From Dehalococcoidia bacterium (lineage in GTDB: Bacteria > Chloroflexota > Dehalococcoidia > Plut-88900), in assembly GCA_965197585.1 (NCBI GenBank), contig OZ240215.1:2880001-2944000 (forward strand): a stretch of DNA of 64,000 nt, read 5' to 3'. Positions within the stretch are counted from its first letter, which is position 1; the number at the start of each line of letters is the position of its first letter. Both the position numbers and the translations under genes were made by a program. Positions 30,339-40,385 of this stretch are shown here, piece by piece. Below the pieces are notes generated by a model. It saw nothing but the letters and a program-made list of their open reading frames with translations, was not told where the DNA came from and did not search any database.

Positions 30339-30964
30339 CGATCATACAAGGCTCGTTCCACCAACAGTGACTTGTCTCGCTTCCAGTCTATAGTTAACGA
30401 TTGAGTGTCCTGATGGGTTTGTAGGAGATGCATCGCTGTCTTTGAGAATTCCACTCCCCGAGGATTCGTTCCCCTGGGGGGCACTTTTGCGTAGTTGATA
30501 ATCGTCAATCGTTCTAATACCGTTCGTTGCACGTGTTCAGGGATCAGAAAGAAACTTCCCGTCTTGCCCCAGATTATGTTGATATAGAGTAGATGGCTGG
30601 TTGGCAAGTAAGTCTTAAGAAAGGCTTCGATCTTGTTCCAGTCCACCGTCCAAACCAGCTTTACTCCAGTGAGGCCCTTAGATGACTTCGTCTTTATTGA
30701 TAGGGGTTGGTTGTTGACCAGGACGTCTAATTCCGGTGAATTGCTTGGCGGAAATTCCACGCTCTTAGAGCCATACACATACATGAACAGTGCTATGAGC
30801 ACCCGCTCCCGCGCAGTCCCGACCTCCATCCCCAGCTTATTGCCCCGCCTGTTCTCCAACTCTACCATGTTAAACAGAGTCGGCAAAACCTTCTGAATCT
30901 TCTCTTTGTAGGGAGAGCAAAACAGCTCATGCCCAAATGGGAGAGTGGAGTTTTGCGTTTCTAT
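30311..30964 (-). CDS. ThaI-family type II restriction endonuclease
   Basis: GMEVGTARERVLIAL..DV...SIKT...VKLVWTVD; the frame is open upstream of TTG 30886 to an ATA at 30964. Confidence 0.75.
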   Translation of the reverse strand: METQNSTLPFGHELFCSPYKEKIQKVLPTLFNMVELENRRGNKLGMEVGTARERVLIALFMYVYGSKSVEFPPSNSPELDVLVNNQPLSIKTKSSKGLTGVKLVWTVDWNKIEAFLKTYLPTSHLLYINIIWGKTGSFFLIPEHVQRTVLERLTIINYAKVPPRGTNPRGVEFSKTAMHLLQTHQDTQSLTIDWKRDKSLLVERALYDRWIGLWDAL

Positions 30965-31050
30965 TGTCTATCCCCCATATGTGAGCAAGCAGCCTTCGGA
31001 TCACCCTCACTCTAGCTCTCCCACATCAAGGGGAGCACCCCCCACCCCCC

Positions 31051-33798
31051 CTAAGGCCGGAGCACGGAACTCATCGCCCGAGGCCCCTTCCTCACCCTCC
31101 TTGGGGAGGACTTGGGCTCGATGCGGACGGCGCAGACCTTGTACTCAGGTATCTTCGCCGAGGGATCGAAGGCCCGGTTGGTCAGGAAGTTGGCCGCCGA
31201 CTCCCGAAGCTTCACGAAGGGCACGAATATCTCGCCTTCCCGCACAGCCTCCGTCAACGCGGCCCGACCCTCCAGCTCACCCCTCCTGGACTCCACCCGC
31301 ACCTCTTCCCCGTCTCCGATACCCGCTCTTTTGGCGTCCCTGGGGTGAATGGATATCTCAAGGTCCGGGGCCCGTGCCATCAGCCCTTCCACCCGCCGGG
31401 TCATGGTGCCGCCGTGCCAGTGGTACAGCATCCTGCCGGTGTTGAGTATCAACGGGAACCTGCGGTTGGGCATCTCCGCGGCGGGCTCCGTCTGCTCCAC
31501 GGGCACGAACTTGCCTAGGCCCCTGGGGAAGCTGTCCTCGTAGAGGATTGGGGTGCCGGGGTGGTCGGGGGTGGGACAGGGCCATTGAATGCCGCCCTCG
31601 GCGTCCAGCCTCTCGTACGTTATGCCCGAAATTATCGGCGTGAGGGAGGCCATCTCTTCAAATATTTCCTTCGGGTGGCCGAAGTCGAACTGAGACTCGT
31701 CGAGACCCAGGCGCCGGTACACTCGACGCGAGAGATCACATGTGATATCCCAGTCGGGCCTGCTCTGCCCGACGGGCTTGATGGCCTTGCGCACCCGCTG
31801 GACCCGACGCTCGCTGTTGGTGAAGGTGCCGTCCTTCTCGGCGAAGCTGGTCGCAGGGAGCACCACGTCGGCTATTTCTGCAGTCTCGTGGAGGAAGATG
31901 TCCTGCACGACCAGGAACTTGAGGTTCTCCATGGCCTCGCGGGCGTGGCGGAGGTCGGGCTCGCTGAGAAGGGGGTTCTCCCCAACGACGTACATCGCCT
32001 TCAGGCGACCCTCCTCGGCCTCCTTCATCATGTCCGTGACCACCATCCCCTCTTCTTCGGGAATGCGTCCGCCCCAGGCCCGAGCGAACTTCTCCAGCGA
32101 CTCGGCGTCAAAGTCCTGGTAGCCGGGCAGGTTGCTGGGTGTGCAGCCGGCGTCGCCGCAGCCCTGGACGTTGTTCTGGCCCCGCAGCGGCGAGATGCCG
32201 TTCCCGGGCTTCCCCATCTGCCCCGAGACCAGCGCCAGGTTCAGCACGGCGTGGCAGTTGGCGGTGCCGTTGGTGTGCTGCGTGAGCCCCATGCCCCAGA
32301 CGAAGCACGAGCCGCTGAAGGGAGGGCTAGCGTAGATACGTGCCGCCTCTATCATCTGCTCTTTAGGCACACCTGTTATCGACTCGACGAAGTCGGGGGT
32401 GTACTTGTCGAGGGACGCCTTCCACTCCTCGAAGCCCTCGGTCCGTTCGGCTACAAAATGCTCGTCCGATAACCCCTCGTCGAGGATCACCTTTGCCATG
32501 CCGTTGAAGAGCGCGACGTCGGTTCCCGGGCGCTCCCTGAGCCAGAGGTAGGCGTAGTCACAGAGGTCGATGCGCTTGGGGTTGATGACGATGAGCTTGG
32601 CGCCGTACAGGTCTACGGCCTTGCGGAAGCGGGTCGCGGCCACCGGATGATTGGAGCTCGGGTCACAGCCTGCGATGATCAGGCAGCCCGCCTTTTCGTA
32701 GTCCAGATAAGAGTTGCTGGTCGCCCCGCTCCCGAGAGACCTCAGCATCGCCTCAACCGACGGCGAGTGGCACAGCCGAGTGCAGTGGTCGATGCTGTTG
32801 GTGCCCAACGCCATGCGCATGAACTTCTGGAGGATGTAGCCGTCCTCGTTGGTCGCCTTGGCGGAAGCCAGGGCGGCGGTGGCTCCCCGGTGCTCGACCA
32901 GCTTTTCGGCGGTCAGGTCCAGGGCCTCGTCCCATGACGCGGGCGTGAGCTTGCCGTTCTTACGTATGAGGGGCGTGGTCAGCCGGTCGCCGTGGTTGAC
33001 GAAGGTCACCCCGAACCGGCCCTTAACGCACAGCTTGCCGAGGCTCGACTGGTTGTCAGGGTCGTCGTCGACCCAGAGGACCTTGTCATTGGCATCGGTG
33101 TTCAGCACGATCCCGCACCCGACCCCACAGTAGGGGCACACCGTAGAGGTCTGCTTTACGGCGTTGGCGGGATTCAGCTTCGGCTCGATCGCTCCCGTCG
33201 GGCAGGCTGCCACGCACGAGCCGCAGGACGTGCAGATAGACTCGGCGATGGGCTCGTCGGCGTACGTGCCTATGAACGCGTCCTGCCCCCTGCCAAGGAT
33301 GGCAATGGCCCCGATCTCCTGCAGACTCTGGCACGCCTCGACGCAGCGGCCACACATAATGCAGTCGTCCATCTCCACCGAAAAGAATGGGTTGCTGGCA
33401 TCGGTGTGGTCCCGGGCACGGGTCTCGTAACCGGGGGATAGCAGGTCGTGGAACTTGGAGGCGGTTTTCAGCTCCTTGTGCTCGGCTAGGGGTTCGCCGG
33501 GGGTCTCGGTGGGGAGCATTCCGAGAGTCAGGTCGAGGATGCCCTGGCGGATGCGCCGGACCTCGGGGCTGTTGGTTTGTACGACCATGCCCTCGGAGGC
33601 GGGAGTGTGGCAGGAGGCCGGGAACCCGCGTCGGCCCTCGACCTGCACAAGGCACGTCCGGCACGCCCCGATGGCGGGCATGGCCGGGTCCTTGCACAGC
33701 TGAGGCACATACACCCCGGCGGTGTTTATCACCTCCAGGATGGAGTTCCCCTCCCGTGCCTCGACGGCCATCCCGTCTATTGTGAGGTTTATGGTCAT
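31051..33798 (-). CDS. fdhA: Formate dehydrogenase alpha subunit (Cys-type, N-terminal Fe-S domains)
   Basis: CPYCGVGC, CTRLCHSPS, LRGQNNVQG, TNSERRVQ and PEYKVCAV motifs. Confidence 0.93.
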   Translation of the reverse strand: MTINLTIDGMAVEAREGNSILEVINTAGVYVPQLCKDPAMPAIGACRTCLVQVEGRRGFPASCHTPASEGMVVQTNSPEVRRIRQGILDLTLGMLPTETPGEPLAEHKELKTASKFHDLLSPGYETRARDHTDASNPFFSVEMDDCIMCGRCVEACQSLQEIGAIAILGRGQDAFIGTYADEPIAESICTSCGSCVAACPTGAIEPKLNPANAVKQTSTVCPYCGVGCGIVLNTDANDKVLWVDDDPDNQSSLGKLCVKGRFGVTFVNHGDRLTTPLIRKNGKLTPASWDEALDLTAEKLVEHRGATAALASAKATNEDGYILQKFMRMALGTNSIDHCTRLCHSPSVEAMLRSLGSGATSNSYLDYEKAGCLIIAGCDPSSNHPVAATRFRKAVDLYGAKLIVINPKRIDLCDYAYLWLRERPGTDVALFNGMAKVILDEGLSDEHFVAERTEGFEEWKASLDKYTPDFVESITGVPKEQMIEAARIYASPPFSGSCFVWGMGLTQHTNGTANCHAVLNLALVSGQMGKPGNGISPLRGQNNVQGCGDAGCTPSNLPGYQDFDAESLEKFARAWGGRIPEEEGMVVTDMMKEAEEGRLKAMYVVGENPLLSEPDLRHAREAMENLKFLVVQDIFLHETAEIADVVLPATSFAEKDGTFTNSERRVQRVRKAIKPVGQSRPDWDITCDLSRRVYRRLGLDESQFDFGHPKEIFEEMASLTPIISGITYERLDAEGGIQWPCPTPDHPGTPILYEDSFPRGLGKFVPVEQTEPAAEMPNRRFPLILNTGRMLYHWHGGTMTRRVEGLMARAPDLEISIHPRDAKRAGIGDGEEVRVESRRGELEGRAALTEAVREGEIFVPFVKLRESAANFLTNRAFDPSAKIPEYKVCAVRIEPKSSPRRVRKGPRAMSSVLRP

Positions 33799-33831
33799 GG
33801 TGTCACCTAGAAGTCTCCGGATTGACGCAAA

Positions 33832-34575
33832 TCAGACTGTACGAGCAGATTCCGCTGCTATATGTCCTGCCAGCTTCGACACGAACGCCCTCAACCCAGT
33901 TGAAAGACTTAGTTCCTGATACGCCCCTGTCTTTGAAGCGCTACGGGGTGACAGTATAAGGGTTGCCGCTGAATATATTTGTTCCAAAACCAATTTCTGA
34001 CAAAGCAAATGGTAACGTTCGGCGTAAGAAGCGCTTTGAAATTCGGGGAATACGGGATAATGAGGCGACGCTTCTTTAACAGGTGCTCGGGACCCGGAGG
34101 AATCTTCTAAGAGCATCAAAAATCCAACAAATGGGAGTGACGCTCCTTCACCGAACGCCCCTTCTCGAAAAGCCTTCCATAAGTCTACGGCATTACCTAT
34201 AGCTTCCTCCACCCGATTATTTGCATTGTTACCGAAAGAAGGACCTACCTGAGATTTGAACTCTATTACTGCAACCAAGTGCCCTTCATTGAGGACCAGT
34301 AGATCCCACTGCTTGGTAGGGCGAAAATATCCAGGCAAAGTCAAAAGCCGCCGACCACGCATAATTGTGGCGTCTTTAAGGCCATTAGCTTCTACTAAGC
34401 GAGTAACCATAGATGCAAAACCGTCCATATTCTTTCCGGCAGTAACGCTGGAACGTTCACCCTGATCCGATATCCCGCCTCGTTGTTGTTTTTGCCTTGC
34501 GATATCTCGGCTTTTCCAGAACGCCCTTACAGCTTGCCGAGCTTGCTGTTCGTAACCCTTAAGCCTTAGAGCCAT
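33832..34575 (-). CDS. XhoI/PaeR7I-family restriction endonuclease
   Basis: [13 protein letters not shown]...[23 protein letters not shown]. Confidence 0.88.
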   Translation of the reverse strand: MALRLKGYEQQARQAVRAFWKSRDIARQKQQRGGISDQGERSSVTAGKNMDGFASMVTRLVEANGLKDATIMRGRRLLTLPGYFRPTKQWDLLVLNEGHLVAVIEFKSQVGPSFGNNANNRVEEAIGNAVDLWKAFREGAFGEGASLPFVGFLMLLEDSSGSRAPVKEASPHYPVFPEFQSASYAERYHLLCQKLVLEQIYSAATLILSPRSASKTGAYQELSLSTGLRAFVSKLAGHIAAESARTV

Positions 34576-34646
34576 CTCGCCTAATCACCCTAATCGTCGT
34601 CTTTAAGCAAAGTGATGACCAAAACAGAGTTGCCGCTCAAAATCAT

Positions 34647-35651
34647 CTAGTTAGCTTGCATCACCCTTGCAAGTGGGAGATGTGTTGCAAGACGGAATCT
34701 TGCACCTTCCAAGAACTGGGGTTCAATGTCTATACCCAGGCCGTGACGACCCCATGAGCCAGCTGCCAACAAGGTCGTGGCGGTCCCGCAAAAGGGGTCC
34801 AACACCGTATCTCCAACGAACGAAAACATGCGTACAAGACGTTCCGCCAATTCGAGTGGGAAGGGAGCCGGATGGTACTTCAGAGACTCGCCGCGTATAT
34901 TCCAGATAGACTGGAACCATTGGTGATGGCGATGCTCAGGTATAATAGATAGCACTCTTTGGGCATTCGTGGGCGAACGATAAGCTCGGGCCCCCTTCTG
35001 CCCCGGTTTCCGCTGTTGCAAAATGAATTCGATATCGTTCTTGATTATCGCATTGGGTTCGTACGGCTTGCCTAGAAATCCGCCACGGCCTTCTGATTCA
35101 TAAGATGCGTTAGCCGTCTTGTGCCATATTATCGGTGTCAGGTTGTCAAACCCCATCTTTCGACAGCTTTCCTGTATGCTTGCATGTAGCGGCATGGTTA
35201 CGTGGCGACCGTAGACTCTCCGCTTCAGACTGACGTCTCCCACCACTATCACAAGGCGACCCCCGTCAACTAACACACGGTGGCTTTCTATCCATACTTG
35301 GGATAGATTTTCTACAAATTCATCGTAATCATCTACGTGGCCTAGCTGTCCCTCCCGTATTGGATATTTTTTTAGGATCCAATAGGGTGGGGAGGTAACT
35401 ATCAGATGGACGCTCGCATCCGGTACAGTCGACAATAATCCTCTCGCGTCTCCGAGTAGCAAGGACTGTGTGGTTGGAATGCGACGCACGTGGTCTTCTA
35501 TTTCATCTGACAACTCTTTTGATTTGGCAATACGGGGGAAAAACGTTTGCGTGGAAATAACGTTACAAAGTGAAGCCGGGAGGAAGTCGTTCAAGGTTTC
35601 CACCCAATTCGGATCAGCTGTTACAACAGTTTGAGGCACTCGGTATTCCAC
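34647..35651 (-). CDS. Beta-class N4-C/N6-A DNA methyltransferase
   Basis: VTSPPYW, HPAPFP and VLDPFCGTATT motifs. Confidence 0.92.
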   Translation of the reverse strand: MEYRVPQTVVTADPNWVETLNDFLPASLCNVISTQTFFPRIAKSKELSDEIEDHVRRIPTTQSLLLGDARGLLSTVPDASVHLIVTSPPYWILKKYPIREGQLGHVDDYDEFVENLSQVWIESHRVLVDGGRLVIVVGDVSLKRRVYGRHVTMPLHASIQESCRKMGFDNLTPIIWHKTANASYESEGRGGFLGKPYEPNAIIKNDIEFILQQRKPGQKGARAYRSPTNAQRVLSIIPEHRHHQWFQSIWNIRGESLKYHPAPFPLELAERLVRMFSFVGDTVLDPFCGTATTLLAAGSWGRHGLGIDIEPQFLEGARFRLATHLPLARVMQAN

Positions 35652-35657
35652 TCTACT

Positions 35658-37268
35658 TCAACCCCTCCCCACCCCCACCGCCTCCTCAAAAGCCTCTTTG
35701 AAATGGGCCAGCCCCGACCGCACGGGGCCCGGGGCCATCTGCCCGAGGCCGCATAGGGACCCGAAGCCTACCACGTCGTTTAGATAGGCCAGCTTCTCCA
35801 GCCCCGACCTCCCCTCCTCGCCCCTCTGCACCGCGCCGAGCAGTTCCAGCATCCGCTTCGTGCCCTCCCGGCAGGGTGTGCACTTGGAGCACGACTCCGC
35901 CGCATTGTACGCCGTCAGCCTCCTCACAACCTCCACCGGTGACACGCTGGTGTCCAGCACGGTAATCCCCCCCGACCCCAGGACCGCACCCTCGGGGTCC
36001 AGCATTCCGGGGCCGATGGGCACGTCCAGCATCGACTCATTGAGCAGCCCGCCCGACGGACCTCCTGCCACCACACCGATGACCTCACACCCATCCGGCG
36101 GCCCGCCCCCGATGTCAAACACGATCTCCCGGACGGTGGCCCCCATTGGCACTTCCACGAGTCCCGGCCTCCGCACCCGCCCGCTAAGCGATATCAGCTT
36201 TGTTCCGGGCGAGGGCTCGGCGCCTGGGTTGGACAGCAGCATCGGGAGATTGCACAGGGTCTCGACGTTGTTAATCACCGTCGGCTTGCCCCAGAGCCCC
36301 GACTCCACCGGGAATGGGGGTCTGGTCCGCGGCACGTTGCGCTGTCCCTCGATGCTGTTCATCAGCGCGCTCTCTTCGCCGAGAATGTATCCCCCCCCAC
36401 CCCGCCGCACCTCGATGTCCAGGTTGAAGTCCGTACCCAGCACGCCTTCACCGACGAGGCCAAGGTCTCGGGCCTGCTGCAAGGCGGTCTCGACACGCCC
36501 GGCAGCAGCGTTGGCCTCGCCGTTGACGTAGAGGTAGGTCTTGTCCGCGCCTATCGCGTAGGCGGCTATTGCCAGCCCTTCCAGGATCAGGAACGGCGAG
36601 CCTTCCATCACGTGCCGGTCCTTGTATATGCCCGGCTCACCCTCCTCGGCGTTGACTATCAGGTACCGGGGCCCGGGCCCCGCTGCCCGCGCTCCCTGCC
36701 ATTTGCGCCCCGCCGGGAAGTAGGCCCCACCCCTCCCTCGAAGGTCGGCCCTCAAGACCTCTTCGACGACCTGCTCGGGGGTCATGGAGTGGAGGACCTC
36801 GTTAAGGGTTGCGTAGCCGCCTCGGGACACGTAGTCGTCGATGTTGCCGGGTTCCATCGCCCCGACGTGCTCCATTACCCGCCGCTCCTGACCCTTCCAG
36901 AAACCGGGAAGGTCGCCGGTTGGAGGCCAGAGGACGGGCTTCCCCTTCCAGGTCGAAGAGGCGTCGGCCTGACCCGCTAGCCAGAAGCTAAGGATCGAGT
37001 TCACGTCTGCGGGGCCGACGTTGGTCAGCCGATAGGTCAGCCCTTCAGCCATCTCCACTATGACCACCGGAGCCTCGTGGCACGCGCCGTCGCACCCTGC
37101 CACACGCACGGGGGTCATCAGCCCCTGCTTGGCGACCGTGGCCTGCAGCAGGGACAGCACCGCCCCCGCCCCGACCGTGCGCGTGCAGCCGCCCAGCTGG
37201 ACCAGGGCCCTGGGAAAGCGGGTCCTCGCCTCACGGTCGGCGTTCGACTTGAGTTCCGAGTATCTCAT
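35658..37268 (-). CDS. NuoF-like NAD(H)/FMN-binding subunit of formate dehydrogenase
   Basis: LRGRGGAYFP, NAEEGEPG, GEESAL, ESCSKCTPCREG and SLCGLG motifs. Confidence 0.9.
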   Translation of the reverse strand: MRYSELKSNADREARTRFPRALVQLGGCTRTVGAGAVLSLLQATVAKQGLMTPVRVAGCDGACHEAPVVIVEMAEGLTYRLTNVGPADVNSILSFWLAGQADASSTWKGKPVLWPPTGDLPGFWKGQERRVMEHVGAMEPGNIDDYVSRGGYATLNEVLHSMTPEQVVEEVLRADLRGRGGAYFPAGRKWQGARAAGPGPRYLIVNAEEGEPGIYKDRHVMEGSPFLILEGLAIAAYAIGADKTYLYVNGEANAAAGRVETALQQARDLGLVGEGVLGTDFNLDIEVRRGGGGYILGEESALMNSIEGQRNVPRTRPPFPVESGLWGKPTVINNVETLCNLPMLLSNPGAEPSPGTKLISLSGRVRRPGLVEVPMGATVREIVFDIGGGPPDGCEVIGVVAGGPSGGLLNESMLDVPIGPGMLDPEGAVLGSGGITVLDTSVSPVEVVRRLTAYNAAESCSKCTPCREGTKRMLELLGAVQRGEEGRSGLEKLAYLNDVVGFGSLCGLGQMAPGPVRSGLAHFKEAFEEAVGVGRG

Positions 37269-37738
37269 CGTTGCAATGGCATGTTTCGAGGCACGGACTG
37301 GAGGCGAGTCACCGCGTCCTCGGGGGTCAGCTTTCCGAAAGTCCCGCCTTCAAGCTCCATTGTCGGGGCCATGGCACATACGAAGAGGCAGGGCGCTTCT
37401 TCCAGAGTCAGCGCACCGTCGTCGGTCGTCTCCCCGACCCCGATACCCAGCTCACCACTGACCGCATCCAGGACCCGGGTCCCGCCCTGCAGGTAGCAGG
37501 CCAGGCCAGTGCAGACTCTCAATACGAAACGTCCCGGCTCCTTCAGCCGCAACTCCGGGAAAGAGGACGCTACGCCGTGCACCTCGCTCTTGGGGACCCG
37601 AAGGTAGGCCCCGATCTCCTCCATGGCCCACGCGGGTATCCAGCGCAGCCCTTCCTGGACGGCACACAAAGCCGGCAGCAGATAGGTCCTGTGTCGGGGA
37701 AAGCGGCCGAGAATCTCTTTTGTCTCTTCCCTGTCCAA
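37265..37738 (-). CDS. NuoE-like 2Fe-2S subunit
   Basis: VCTGLAC...CLFVC; 4-bp overlap with the NuoF-like gene. Confidence 0.88.
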   Translation of the reverse strand: MDREETKEILGRFPRHRTYLLPALCAVQEGLRWIPAWAMEEIGAYLRVPKSEVHGVASSFPELRLKEPGRFVLRVCTGLACYLQGGTRVLDAVSGELGIGVGETTDDGALTLEEAPCLFVCAMAPTMELEGGTFGKLTPEDAVTRLQSVPRNMPLQR

Positions 37739-37766
37739 AGCCCCTCCCAGCAGGGAATGGGGCCGA

Positions 37767-39557
37767 TTATACAGGTGTTTCGTTGGGTATGTTCAGGCCG
37801 AGCCCACGCACCGATTCCCGAGAGGGCAGCCCCTCCTCACCCCACCCCCGAGCCCCGTAATAGCCCGCAACCGTCTCTGCGAGACCGGACTCAGTCACCG
37901 CGCCGCCCTCGAAAACGCGGGATGGCAGGGTGTCGTCGTCCTGTTTCCAGCCCTCGCGAACGTTGAACGCCTTGCGGACCAGGTTTATCCGCTCCCCTGC
38001 TTTCCTCAAGCCCTCTGCGCCGATGTCGTGGCCCGTGGCCAGGCGGTAGACGTGGGCTGCTTCAGGATAGAAGTCATCCAGTGCTCGACGCACGAACTTG
38101 GACAAGACCAGTGAGTCGAGCACCGCGGCAAAATCTTCCGCCTCAGCGACCGCACGCCCGATCTCCGAGGCATCCGCCCGTTGCGCTGCATCGTCGCTCA
38201 GGTCGAAATCGTAGGCCGACGCCTTGTTGTGGCACGCGCCCCGTGGGCTGACCGCCAGGGCCAGGGCCAGGTGTCTCAGCCTACCCGGGTGATAGCCGGG
38301 CATCTCCAAGCCCTTGACGTGCATGGCCCACGACTCGGAGCCGTTCCCCGTGAGCGCCGAAGCCATCCGGCTACCTTCCCACAGGAGCTCCCCGACACCC
38401 TCCTTGCGACCTATCTGTTCTATAACAGCGAGGAGCTCAGGGCCTTGCCCGAAGCGCAGGTCCAGGCCGTTGGTGTCGGCGGGGGTGAGGATTCCTCGCT
38501 CGAAGGACTCCATTGCCCAGGCTATCGTGCCGCCTGCGCTTATGGTGTCGATACCGAGCTGATCGCTGAGCCCCGCGGCCCGGATCACGATGTCGGGATC
38601 ATCGATCCCGCACAGCGGCCCGAAGGCGAACAGGCTCTCGTATTCCAGCCGAGATTTCGTCCTCCCCCCCTTCGCCGAGTAGACGTGCTCCCACTCCCGT
38701 GACATATCCGACCCCGACTCCCGGCTCCGCCTCCGCTCCAGGCTCTCGACACTCAGGGACTCAGCGCCTTCGAAGGTGTACTGCCGGAAGTTGTAGGCCG
38801 GGAGCGCACCCGCCGCGTTGAGCTTCGCCAGGTTAGCCACGGTGCCCGGGCCCCGGTACTTGGCCGTCGACCCCGATTGCATTGCCTTTTCCAGCTTTGC
38901 AATAAGCTCGGCGAGCTCGGGGTCTGGTGGAGGTTGTGCCGTGGTCCCAGTGAAGGCGATGGCCTTCAGATTCTTGGCCCCCATCACCGCACCCGCGCCC
39001 GTCCTCCCCGCCTGCCGACCCCCGTTGCTTATACAGGCAAACCTGACCAGCGCCTCGCCCGCCGGGCCTATGGCCGCGACTTTGGCGTCGGAGTCGCCGA
39101 GAAGTGAGCTTATCTTCGCTGCCGTCTCCTGAGCAGACAGGCCAACTAGTGACGCTGCATCCAGCACCCTAACCGACTCATCGTCGATATACAGAAAAAC
39201 AGGCCCCGACGCCCGACCTTTGATCACCAGGGCGTCGAAGGGCATCCGGGACAACTCTTCCGCCACGGGCCCCGACGACAGGGAGTCGCCTACGAAACCT
39301 GTGAGAGGTGATTTGCAGGCCACCGCCATCTTCGAAGACCCCGGCACCCCTGCCCCGAGAAACGGGCCACGGGTGAAGATGAGTGGGTTCTCGGGGGAGA
39401 GGGGGTCGACGCCCGGCGGGCAGTGCTTGTAGAGCAGCCAGGCCCCCAGCCCCGCCCCACCTATGAAGGAGACCTGCTCCTCCATCGTGAGCGGCTCGAA
39501 GCTCGACTTGCCGCTGGCGAGGTCGATTACGAGAATTCGGCCATGATAGGCATGCAT
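37767..39557 (-). CDS. Aldehyde:ferredoxin oxidoreductase (AOR/WOR) family protein
   Basis: KSPLTG, GRTGAGAVMGAKNLKA, EYES, DQLGIDTIS and RGACH motifs. Confidence 0.88.
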   Translation of the reverse strand: MHAYHGRILVIDLASGKSSFEPLTMEEQVSFIGGAGLGAWLLYKHCPPGVDPLSPENPLIFTRGPFLGAGVPGSSKMAVACKSPLTGFVGDSLSSGPVAEELSRMPFDALVIKGRASGPVFLYIDDESVRVLDAASLVGLSAQETAAKISSLLGDSDAKVAAIGPAGEALVRFACISNGGRQAGRTGAGAVMGAKNLKAIAFTGTTAQPPPDPELAELIAKLEKAMQSGSTAKYRGPGTVANLAKLNAAGALPAYNFRQYTFEGAESLSVESLERRRSRESGSDMSREWEHVYSAKGGRTKSRLEYESLFAFGPLCGIDDPDIVIRAAGLSDQLGIDTISAGGTIAWAMESFERGILTPADTNGLDLRFGQGPELLAVIEQIGRKEGVGELLWEGSRMASALTGNGSESWAMHVKGLEMPGYHPGRLRHLALALAVSPRGACHNKASAYDFDLSDDAAQRADASEIGRAVAEAEDFAAVLDSLVLSKFVRRALDDFYPEAAHVYRLATGHDIGAEGLRKAGERINLVRKAFNVREGWKQDDDTLPSRVFEGGAVTESGLAETVAGYYGARGWGEEGLPSRESVRGLGLNIPNETPV

Positions 39558-39606
39558 TCGGGTTACTCTCGTGTGCCGGGCCCCGACGTATCTAGTTGTC
39601 GTTCGG

Positions 39607-40230
39607 CTAGGCTTGCGCCTCGAGGGACAGGGCTTTGTCCAGGTCTTCCTGGGTGTTGACGTTGAAGAAGCTCAAGTGGTGCGGGTCTATGAGATCGACG
39701 TCATCTTCTTCTACGAAGGCGACCCTGACCTCATCGAAAAACAGGGCGATTTTCAGGTCATTGCGTTTAAGCCGCTGCTCGATTGGCTCAAGGCAGCTCT
39801 TCGAATATATGGCGTGGAGGGGCTCGGGCCTGCCATTCAGCCTCGGGACCACGACGTCATAGTCGGGGGCCATGTCCAGCATGAAGCGGAGCAGGTCGGT
39901 GTTCAGGAAGGGCATGTCGCAGGCAACCACAATTCCGTAGTCGCCCCTCGCCGCCGAGAGGCCGGTGAATATGCCGCCGAGGGACCCGCTTCCCGGGTAG
40001 ATGTCGGCGGCGGTCCTGACCCAGGGTGGGAGGTCCAGGGCCTCGGCCCTCGACTCCTCGGCGACGACCACAATCGTCTCTGAGCTTACCTGGGAGAGCC
40101 TGCCGACCACCCGCTCGATCAGCGATTCCCCGCCAATCTTCTCGACGGCCTTGTTCCTCCCGAGCCGCCTGCTCATTCCCCCCGCCAACGCCACGCCGCT
40201 AACCTTGTCAGTCTGCCTTCCATTTAGCAT
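39607..40230 (-). CDS. mobA: Molybdenum cofactor guanylyltransferase
   Basis: LAGGMSRRLGRNKA, GSLGGI, ACDMPF, EPLHAIY and NVNTQED motifs. Confidence 0.9.
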   Translation of the reverse strand: MLNGRQTDKVSGVALAGGMSRRLGRNKAVEKIGGESLIERVVGRLSQVSSETIVVVAEESRAEALDLPPWVRTAADIYPGSGSLGGIFTGLSAARGDYGIVVACDMPFLNTDLLRFMLDMAPDYDVVVPRLNGRPEPLHAIYSKSCLEPIEQRLKRNDLKIALFFDEVRVAFVEEDDVDLIDPHHLSFFNVNTQEDLDKALSLEAQA

Positions 40231-40385
40231 AACGAGGTCATTATAGCGACGGGGAGGGTGTCGGGACAAAGAAATCCCCTCTCCCTCGATGGGAGAGGGA
40301 TAGGGTAAGGGTGATTCCCTCGGGACGTGGGGCTGCTCGTGCTGAGCTTAGTCGAAGTATGAGCGGGGGGGGGGTGGCTACAAGG

